The notes beneath the pieces are model-generated. The model saw only the letters and a program-made list of their open reading frames with translations. It was not told the DNA's origin and did not search any database. Positions 26,368 through 33,338 of a stretch of 37,255 bases of DNA are shown one piece after another (the first letter of the stretch is position 1; every line of letters starts with the position of its first letter). The position numbers and the translations under genes were made by a program. This DNA comes from a virus. Lineage: Duplodnaviria > Caudoviricetes. The stretch is taken from positions 1 through 37,255 of IMG/VR virus record IMGVR_UViG_3300044982_000048. One strand, 5' to 3'.

Positions 26368-26569
26368 AGTAATAGAAAATGGTATAGCAAGATGGTGTGA
26401 GAGTTGCAATACCTCTCATGGATTTTTATATCCATGCCAATTTTATGATAATAATTTACTAAAAGAAGTAAAAGAATTAGGAAATAAATTTAAAAAAGAT
26501 TGCGAATCAGGAAATATTAAAATAGAAATAAATAACGTAACAAAAACATGGAATGAGTGGTGTAAATAA
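26354..26569 (+). CDS. Hypothetical protein (CxxC-H-C)
   Basis: GGGAG RBS. Confidence 0.65.
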   Translation: METGKVIENGIARWCESCNTSHGFLYPCQFYDNNLLKEVKELGNKFKKDCESGNIKIEINNVTKTWNEWCK

Positions 26570-26722
26570 TATGTAAGTAGCGATAACACAAATTATCGAA
26601 AGTAAAAGGTGAGTTTTATATGAACAATTCTTTTGTGTTTAACATGTAATATTACGTAATATGTTATATGACCAATGAAATAGTTAAGAAAGGAAAGCAA
26701 ATGAAATTAGAATGGGAAACTA

Positions 26723-27064
26723 TTGAAAATGAAATACTTATTCATAATGAAAATTATAATTCATCCATATGAACCATTTGTTGAAATGGAAACTACAATT
26801 GATTATAAAATTCATCCTAATCTCACAGATAGCATATGGGTATCAGGACAATTTTGTAAAATTGAAGAAATTGTGCACGACATTGATGATGAAACAATAA
26901 TTATACGTTTGATTTCAGATGATCCAATTCATGTTGTTCTTAATGAATATGAAGTTGTGAAAAGATTAATATATGATATAAAAGAATTTGAAGATTGTGG
27001 TTGGTATCTAAATGATTATGATTTTCTTGATAAAGCTGTTTTACTGAGAAATAAAAATGAGTGA
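26723..27064 (+). CDS. Hypothetical protein
   Basis: Open frame; start uncertain. Confidence 0.55.
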   Translation: MKMKYLFIMKIIIHPYEPFVEMETTIDYKIHPNLTDSIWVSGQFCKIEEIVHDIDDETIIIRLISDDPIHVVLNEYEVVKRLIYDIKEFEDCGWYLNDYDFLDKAVLLRNKNE

Positions 27065-27329
27065 CTATGATTGTGCTGTTTGCGACGTGTGCTTAAAGAA
27101 AACATATGATTATTGGTGTTTGTGTGACGAACATTATAAAAAATATGTGCTTTATAATTTTGAGTATACCAAAGAATTAATAAAATCATCTAAAAATTTT
27201 ATTGAAATTATGACACAATTAACAAAAGATATGGAAATTAATCCGCAAAATTACTCTAAAGATAAATTAATAGAGATATTATGCGGTACGATAGAAATTT
27301 TTAATGAATTAATATCATTAATTTCATGA
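27057..27329 (+). CDS. Hypothetical Cys-rich protein
   Basis: CDVC...LCDEH. Confidence 0.6.
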   Translation: MSDYDCAVCDVCLKKTYDYWCLCDEHYKKYVLYNFEYTKELIKSSKNFIEIMTQLTKDMEINPQNYSKDKLIEILCGTIEIFNELISLIS

Positions 27330-27330
27330 A

Positions 27331-27546
27331 TTATAATTTATTCACTTGTAGAAGTGCACGCATTACAGCCACAGGCCAAAGTAAGCGACCATTAACTCGT
27401 ATTGGGCGTATTGGTCCAGTCTCCAAACAAGCCCAACAACGCAGTGTCTGAGCTTTTCGAGATAGGTAATAAGCCGCATTCTTTGTTGTAATTGCTGATC
27501 GTGTCTCAAACTCCAGCGGTATAAATTCATTTATTATATTTTGCAC
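27331..27546 (-). CDS. Excisionase-like HTH DNA-binding protein
   Basis: TKNAAYYLSRKAQTLRCWAC.E.GPIRPIRVNGRLLWPV; GAGG then GTG start. Confidence 0.8.
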   Translation of the reverse strand: MQNIINEFIPLEFETRSAITTKNAAYYLSRKAQTLRCWACLETGPIRPIRVNGRLLWPVAVMRALLQVNKL

Positions 27547-27721
27547 ATGTAGAACCTCTTAAAAAACCTGACTAGCTATTACTAGAAGGACGAGTTTCTA
27601 GCCAGGATTGGAATTCTACACAAATGTGTGTGCACATTAACATAAAAATTTGCCATGTCAATATTATTTTTTTAATCAATTTGGGGTATATTCGATGAAT
27701 TAGCTATATTTTGTATGGCTT

Positions 27722-27794
27722 TATAAACACACCCCGCCTAGCGACAAACTAAGCGGGACTTAAAACTGGGTTTCCGTTACCCCCTTGCGCAACG
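27722..27794 (-). ncRNA. Putative ~70-nt antisense RNA opposite the rep leader
   Basis: Lies downstream of a near-consensus promoter and ends in CCCGCUUAG-uuugucg-CUAGGCGGG plus a GU/U-rich tail. Confidence 0.5.
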
Positions 27795-27800
27795 TAGTCT

Positions 27801-27828
27801 ATTATACGTTGCGCAGGGACTGCGTCAA
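27801..27828 (-). promoter_or_regulatory. Near-consensus sigma70 promoter overlapped by an inverted repeat
   Basis: TTGACG-16 nt-TATAAT on the minus strand. TGCGCAACGTA inverted repeat at 27786-27796/27805-27815. Confidence 0.65.
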
Positions 27829-27850
27829 CCTCTCAAACAAGGAAAATTTT

Positions 27851-28597
27851 ATGTCAGTAGAAAAATTCAGACCATCTTTTGTTGATGGTCAAATTAAACA
27901 CGAATCAAAACCATACACCATGGTTTTAAATAATGTCTTAAACAATTGCGATAATCTTGAAGCAATTGGTCTTTGGTGCCACTTTCAGAGTAAACCAGAA
28001 AACTGGATAATAAATGCTCAATACGTCAGAAATCATTTCAAAGTAGGAAGAGATAAAGCATATGAGCTCCTAGCTTATTTAATTGAAACAAATTTAATGG
28101 AAAAAAAGCAAATTATAAATCCTGATGGAACATTTGGTAAAGTTTCTTACATTATTAAAAATGGTGAACAATTTACAATCAAAAAGTTATCCACAGAAAA
28201 CACGGAACCGCTTCCGGATTTACCGCTTCCGGATTTACCGCTTCCGGAAAATCAGGAACATATAAATAAAAGATCTTTTAACAATGCTTATAAAGAAACA
28301 AATAAAAGAAAAAGCTTTTATGATGATCAAAAAAAGAACAAAGCTGTGGATAACTCCTTTGAGGAGGGTCGACGCACTGCATCACAAGGGGCAGATGCAG
28401 TTAAATCTAAGCCGGATAGGCAGATGGTTAATGAATACAAGTCGATAATGGAGCATGAAGAACGCAAGAAAAAAGAATTGGCGATGCAAAGATTCTCAGA
28501 TGGCACAACATTTGATCAAAACCAGCGGCATAAAAATCATATTCAGATTCAAAACATTAAGGACATTTTGAGATATGGTAATATAAGAGCAACATAA
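27851..28597 (+). CDS. Replication initiator (lambda O-like organisation)
   Basis: N-terminal winged-HTH region (PYTMV.N...AIGLWC.F.SKPENW...GRDK), internal iterons, AAGGA RBS before ATG 27851. Confidence 0.82.
   Translation: MSVEKFRPSFVDGQIKHESKPYTMVLNNVLNNCDNLEAIGLWCHFQSKPENWIINAQYVRNHFKVGRDKAYELLAYLIETNLMEKKQIINPDGTFGKVSYIIKNGEQFTIKKLSTENTEPLPDLPLPDLPLPENQEHINKRSFNNAYKETNKRKSFYDDQKKNKAVDNSFEEGRRTASQGADAVKSKPDRQMVNEYKSIMEHEERKKKELAMQRFSDGTTFDQNQRHKNHIQIQNIKDILRYGNIRAT
28187..28353. other. Putative replication origin
   Basis: TTATCCACA (28187-28195), three ACCGCTTCCGGA repeats at 15-bp period (28207-28248), an A-rich tract, and TGTGGATAA (28345-28353). Confidence 0.8.
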
Positions 28598-28621
28598 CTT
28601 TGATAAAAAAGGAGTTTTATC

Positions 28622-28798
28622 ATGACCTATATGGAACCGTTCGAACGTTATCAAGCTGAGAAAGCTGTTGCAGAGCAGAAGCAAAAGCTACGTTGGTCAA
28701 ATGAAATTGTGGAGGACTTCCAACGTGTTCCACGGGCGCCACAAGAATCTCCGATCAAGAGATGGTGGCTAGAACAGCAGGAAAGGCCCAAAATTTGA
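28622..28798 (+). CDS. 58-aa hypothetical protein, not in the ORF track
   Basis: AAGGAG RBS; MTYMEPFERYQ...RPKI. Confidence 0.65.
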   Translation: MTYMEPFERYQAEKAVAEQKQKLRWSNEIVEDFQRVPRAPQESPIKRWWLEQQERPKI

Positions 28799-28925
28799 CT
28801 CAGGATCAATTATCTCTGGAGACTTGAGTATTTATACTAACCTGACTGTAAATGGCAAATTTTGCAATTTTACAGCCTTCGTGTTCTACTCCAGGTTTCT
28901 TGTGGAACATTATGACTTAAGCCAT

Positions 28926-28990
28926 AATTAGTGAAATTAGTGAAATTTGTTCACAGCCAATAGTGTCTTTTTTCACTAATTTCACTAATT
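28926..28990. repeat. Perfect 20-bp inverted repeat built from 9-bp direct repeats
   Basis: AATTAGTGAAATTAGTGAAA-25 nt-TTTCACTAATTTCACTAATT. Confidence 0.9.
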
Positions 28991-29047
28991 CTTGGGGTAT
29001 GGTAACTGCTAGTTGAAATATGTCTAAACTTGTGTAAAATTGCCGAT

Positions 29048-29241
29048 ATGGATAAGTTATATCGAATTGAACTGGAAGTATCTTTTAGCACGATGCAGCT
29101 ATAAACTTAGAAAAATTGGCGGTGAGTTTCACCGTGTCAGCTTGTGGAGCGTCCTCTGATGAGGTAGTAGCATCTGTTATTACTAGTCATGATGTGATGA
29201 AACAGGAATCTAACATCAAACCTATCCATGCATAGGTTTGA
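29048..29241 (+). ncRNA. Putative structured RNA or leader of the late region
   Basis: Follows TTGAAA-16-TAAAAT (29013-29040). Closing stem 29048-29058/29219-29229, several hairpins, and a CUGAUGA...GAAA junction. Confidence 0.55.
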
Positions 29242-29279
29242 GTAAGTTTGGAAGAACGGTTATTGGGTATGGATATGAG

Positions 29280-29615
29280 ATGTCTAACATTTGCAAAAGT
29301 AAATATTGTTCAAAATGTCATGAACCAACTGAACTAGAAACTAAAAGATACTGTAGAAAATGTACGGCAGCTTATAACCGGGAGTGGCGTAAGGCACATC
29401 CTAATAGGACACAATTACAAAAATTCAAAGATAATGTGAGACATAAAACAAATATGCGCATTAGAAGAGGATCATTAATTCCAGAACCATGTGAGGTATG
29501 TGAAGATTTAAAAGTAGAAGCTCATCACGATGATTATAATCAGCCTTATAATGTAAGATGGTTATGTTTTAAACATCATAGGGAGCATCACAAAAATGAA
29601 AGGAGTAAACGCTGA
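29280..29615 (+). CDS. Zn-finger/HNH-like protein
   Basis: CSKC...CRKC and PCEVC...EAHHDDY..P..VRWLC..HH. Confidence 0.75.
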   Translation: MSNICKSKYCSKCHEPTELETKRYCRKCTAAYNREWRKAHPNRTQLQKFKDNVRHKTNMRIRRGSLIPEPCEVCEDLKVEAHHDDYNQPYNVRWLCFKHHREHHKNERSKR

Positions 29616-29964
29616 GTACAGTGAATGCAAAAAATTCTGGCAATATGCAAAATATCATCCAATCCTTAAGCAATATCTGATCAAGATATGTAATGAGGGC
29701 AAGCGTTCACCCATTGCTGGCAAGAAGCTCTTAGATATCGGCATGCGGTCTGGTTTGCCTGATTATTTTTTGCCCATACCTAATAAAAACTGGTATGGGT
29801 TATGGTTGGAAATGAAACGAGTCGATGGCAGAAATAAGAAAAAGGACGAAAAGCAGGAAGAATGGATTGCAAAATTAATAAAAGTTTGTTATTATGCTAC
29901 TTATACGTATGGTTTTGATGATGCTGTTCGTATAGTAAAGGATTATTTAGACGATCGGATTTAA
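29596..29964 (+). CDS. VRR-NUC (PD-(D/E)XK) nuclease
   Basis: NEGKRS...GMRSGLPD...LWLEMK...Q..W. Confidence 0.85.
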   Translation: MKGVNAEYSECKKFWQYAKYHPILKQYLIKICNEGKRSPIAGKKLLDIGMRSGLPDYFLPIPNKNWYGLWLEMKRVDGRNKKKDEKQEEWIAKLIKVCYYATYTYGFDDAVRIVKDYLDDRI

Positions 29965-29965
29965 T

Positions 29966-30199
29966 ATGTCGGAATTTAAAACGGACGTAGAAAAGCTGTC
30001 AGAGTCAATTAAACATCATGAAATTGACTGGGAATTGATCAAAGAGATCATATGTGGTATATCGCATACGTTACAAGGCATTTGCGCTGTCTTACCTCCT
30101 GGATTACCTAAAACGATCATTTGTACAGCAGCTAGTTTACTTTCATTCGCTTGTTCACAATCCAGTAAAGATTTCACTGAGCAACAAAAATCTTGCTAG
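29966..30199 (+). CDS. Hypothetical protein with amphipathic helices
   Basis: ORF upstream of the lysozyme homologue. Confidence 0.6.
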   Translation: MSEFKTDVEKLSESIKHHEIDWELIKEIICGISHTLQGICAVLPPGLPKTIICTAASLLSFACSQSSKDFTEQQKSC

Positions 30200-30209
30200 T
30201 AGTATTTCC

Positions 30210-30238
30210 GCCCATTCCGGACAATGGGCTCTTTTTTT
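30210..30238 (+). terminator. Rho-independent terminator
   Basis: GCCCATT-ccggac-AATGGGC followed by TCTTTTTTT. Confidence 0.8.
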
Positions 30239-30291
30239 CTTCCTAGCATTCTATGATATGTTTAATATTTAGCACTTTTGGAGTGCTCCTA

Positions 30292-30711
30292 ATGAATCAA
30301 GACATGAAGTCTAAAGTACGTCATTTTTTGATAAGGCATATCGGTTATAAAATCCAACCTGACCATGATTTGAACAACCATGTTATTATAGGAATAGGTC
30401 GAAATCTTACCTCACGTGGTGTCCTTCCTACAGAAATTGATATCATGTTTAACAACGATGTTGAGCATCATTTTAACTTTTTGAATAACAAATATGATTG
30501 GTTTTCCAACCTCAGTGAACAACGCCAGATAGCATTGATAAATCTATGTTTTTTAGGTTATAAATTCTTTAGTGATAACCCTAAAATTGTTGAAGCACTT
30601 CAACATGAAGCCTATGACTACGCTGGAAACTGTATCATGCACTCGGCCAGTGATCCAAAGATTGAGCCAATGCTTCAAGATATTGGACTTATTATTATTG
30701 GAGAAAGCTAG
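30292..30711 (+). CDS. GH24 (T4-type) lysozyme homologue, apparently catalytically degenerate
   Basis: IGIGRNL..RG, W..L...RQ.AL.NL.F.LG scaffold, but RHIG in place of RHEG. Confidence 0.78.
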   Translation: MNQDMKSKVRHFLIRHIGYKIQPDHDLNNHVIIGIGRNLTSRGVLPTEIDIMFNNDVEHHFNFLNNKYDWFSNLSEQRQIALINLCFLGYKFFSDNPKIVEALQHEAYDYAGNCIMHSASDPKIEPMLQDIGLIIIGES

Positions 30712-30765
30712 ACTTATGATGCGCGTTGCCTGATAATAAAAAATACAACTTAAAGGAGAATGGCT

Positions 30766-30828
30766 ATGAAAGGATGTAAAGATTGTATGAAAGGCAAATG
30801 CGCTAAACATATGAAGAAGAAGAAATGA
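30766..30828 (+). CDS. 20-aa micropeptide MKGCKDCMKGKCAKHMKKKK
   Basis: AAGGAG RBS; ATGA overlap with the next gene. Confidence 0.55.
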   Translation: MKGCKDCMKGKCAKHMKKKK

Positions 30829-31076
30829 AAAGATTTCGATATCATTTTGAATTGAGCACGCTCGGCAATCCATCAGCTATTTTGGTTAAAGCGATTGATG
30901 ATTATTCGCCATTAGGTGATGTCCATGATTATATGGATGAGACGCAGTTATTAAAGAAAAAAGATGTTCCCACTGATTTTGCATTATATCATATTCAATT
31001 CGTGATTAATTTGATTTTAAATAGAATGGTTGAAGATGGTGTCATAGAAGGAATTGAACATGATGATGAGGTGTAA
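30825..31076 (+). CDS. Hypothetical protein
   Basis: Coupled ORF. Confidence 0.6.
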   Translation: MKRFRYHFELSTLGNPSAILVKAIDDYSPLGDVHDYMDETQLLKKKDVPTDFALYHIQFVINLILNRMVEDGVIEGIEHDDEV

Positions 31077-31320
31077 TCCGTGTAATGGCGTTGGATGGGT
31101 ATTAGGTGGTGGAATGATTACACGAATTGATTGCAATTATTGTAATGGTAAAGGAACAATACCAAAAGAATATAGCACTGCAATTGATAAAATTAAATCT
31201 GCTGATTCATCATTGACAGACAGAGAAGCACGAAAGATATTTAATGAAGAATTAGATAGAATTGATAAGGATGACAAAAGAAAAAAGAAAAAACGAATAA
31301 AGGAGTATGCAAATGGCTAG
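31060..31320 (+). CDS. DnaJ-type zinc-finger protein
   Basis: CNPCNGVG and CNYCNGKG. Confidence 0.75.
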   Translation: MMMRCNPCNGVGWVLGGGMITRIDCNYCNGKGTIPKEYSTAIDKIKSADSSLTDREARKIFNEELDRIDKDDKRKKKKRIKEYANG

Positions 31321-31678
31321 ACCATTATGGGAAATGACTAAGTCAAGAATTAGAAAAGTAGAAGAATATGCCGCTGCTGGATTAACAAAAGAACAGATAG
31401 CAGATTGCTTAGGAATTCATTACGATACACTAAATGAAAAATGTAAAGCATACCCCGAGTTTTCCTCCGCTTTAAAAAGAGGTAAATCAAAAGGATTAAA
31501 ATTATACGCTGATTTACTGATGAAAAATGCTAAAAAAGGAAATGCCGCATCAACTATATTTTATTTGAAAGCACAAGGTAAATGGAACGATCAAAGTATT
31601 GATGAAATGAAAGATGCTATTAAAAATGAATTAAATGAAGTACGCAAAATAGTACAAGAATGCAAAAATCAGAAATAA
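31313..31678 (+). CDS. terS: Terminase small subunit
   Basis: MARP start, HTH (GLTKEQIADCLGI), FS.ALKRGK, IFYLK; directly before terL. Confidence 0.82.
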   Translation: MARPLWEMTKSRIRKVEEYAAAGLTKEQIADCLGIHYDTLNEKCKAYPEFSSALKRGKSKGLKLYADLLMKNAKKGNAASTIFYLKAQGKWNDQSIDEMKDAIKNELNEVRKIVQECKNQK

Positions 31679-33207
31679 GTGAGATCAATCAACTCAGACA
31701 TGAATTGTTATCTGATTTTTTTTTATTTCATTGTGTAATGTTTAAGAAAAGAACGGGAAGAGATTTTGTTATCAGTAAACCGATTGGTAATCAATCACAC
31801 TTTTATGAAGTTGCAAAAGAATTAGAAAAAGTATTTTATCTGCAAACATTACGTTTATCGATTAATCTTCCGCCTGGATGGGCAAAATCGGAAATGTGTA
31901 AAAGTTTTATATGTTGGTGTTTTGCACATTATCCATTATGTAAATTTTTATATATCTCCCATTCATTTGATTTAGCTACCATTCATACTTCATCGATTAA
32001 ACAAACGATGTCAATGCCGATTTATCGTGAATTATTTGAAATGGATATTAGACGTGATTCCTCTGCAAAAGATTATTTTCAGACAACGGCAGGCGGAACG
32101 GTTGCTGCATTTGGATCTCAAGGAGGTATTACTGGACATGATGCAGGATTACCAGGACTCTCTACATTTAGTGGCGGAATTGTCATTGATGATATTCATA
32201 AACCTGAAGAAATTCATTCTGATACAATAAGAGAACGTGTAAAAAAGAATTACTTTGAGACAATTGAAAGACGCTTACGATCTCCTAATGTTCCCATTAT
32301 CTTAATTGGACAACGTTTACATGAAGATGACTTATTTAATTATTTGATTAATAGCACTGATTCACAGTCGTGGCGAAAAGTTATTATCAAAGCATTAGAT
32401 GATGCGGGAAATGCTCGCTATCCAGAAGTCAATCCAAAAGATCAGTTGTTAAAGATGCAAGAGCAACAGCCCTATGTATTCTCGTCACAATATCAACAAG
32501 ATCCTATACCTTCAGGCGGAGGATTATTTAGAGCAGATTGGTTTAAGTTATTAGACGAAACACCAAAGATTATAGCAACCTTTATCACAGCAGATAGCGC
32601 AGAGACGGATAAGGAATACAATGATGCGACTGTATTTTCTTTTTGGGGTTTATACCAACTAGATTTTAATGGCTCATTAATTGATGACTTATACGGGTTG
32701 CATTGGATTGATTGCACAGAAATTAGGATTGAACCGAAAGACTTAAGAGATTATTTTTTGGACTTCTGGACAGGTTGTATGCGTTATACTATTCGGCCCA
32801 AATTTGCTGCAATTGAGAAGAAATCAACAGGCGTCACATTAGTTTCGGTATTAAAAGAAATTCAAGGCGTACAAGTCATTCCCATTGAAAGATCAGGTAC
32901 AAAGAGTAGTAAGACTAATCGTTTCATTGAAATGCAACAATATGTTGCTAATAAACAGATTAGCTTGCCAATGCATGGTAAGCACACAAAAATGTGCATC
33001 GATCACATGACTAAAATTACTGCAAATGATACGCATCGCTGGGATGATATTTGTGATACAGCATATGATGCAGTAAAGATCGCATTAATAGACAAGACAA
33101 TTATTAGGAAAGAATTGCCACAGACAAATTATCAAGATATTGCTTCACGCTTGTCGAAACAATTTACAAAAGTTAATAGAGTTAAAAAAGATGCTTATGG
33201 AAAATGA
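31660..33207 (+). CDS. terL: Terminase large subunit
   Basis: INLPPGWAKS Walker A, IVIDDIHK Walker B, QRLHEDD, QYQQDP, HRWDDICD. Confidence 0.95.
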   Translation: MQKSEISEINQLRHELLSDFFLFHCVMFKKRTGRDFVISKPIGNQSHFYEVAKELEKVFYLQTLRLSINLPPGWAKSEMCKSFICWCFAHYPLCKFLYISHSFDLATIHTSSIKQTMSMPIYRELFEMDIRRDSSAKDYFQTTAGGTVAAFGSQGGITGHDAGLPGLSTFSGGIVIDDIHKPEEIHSDTIRERVKKNYFETIERRLRSPNVPIILIGQRLHEDDLFNYLINSTDSQSWRKVIIKALDDAGNARYPEVNPKDQLLKMQEQQPYVFSSQYQQDPIPSGGGLFRADWFKLLDETPKIIATFITADSAETDKEYNDATVFSFWGLYQLDFNGSLIDDLYGLHWIDCTEIRIEPKDLRDYFLDFWTGCMRYTIRPKFAAIEKKSTGVTLVSVLKEIQGVQVIPIERSGTKSSKTNRFIEMQQYVANKQISLPMHGKHTKMCIDHMTKITANDTHRWDDICDTAYDAVKIALIDKTIIRKELPQTNYQDIASRLSKQFTKVNRVKKDAYGK

Positions 33208-33338
33208 AGGTAGTGAAATTGAACCGGATGAAAACGAAAAACATTGATGTTATCATCATGGATGACGCTGTTAGAAGACTTGCCTCGTAAGAGGAGCGTA
33301 TAATGATTTAATCTATTCTGTTCTTAAAAGGAAGTCAC

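Noticed and set aside
28207-28248. CRISPR-like mini-array
   Set aside because: The repeats are contiguous with no spacers and fit iterons. I saw no repeat-spacer array or cas gene anywhere.
29152-29207. Canonical self-cleaving hammerhead ribozyme
   Set aside because: There is no local NUH site with stems I and III. A possible trans target CCTGTAAGGA near 35542 gives only 4+4 bp and could be chance.
29966-30199. Holin
   Set aside because: The position fits, but the helices are only moderately hydrophobic and a terminator separates it from the lysozyme homologue.
33204-33290. 28-aa ORF between terL and portal
   Set aside because: It is ATGA-coupled, but short and without other support.
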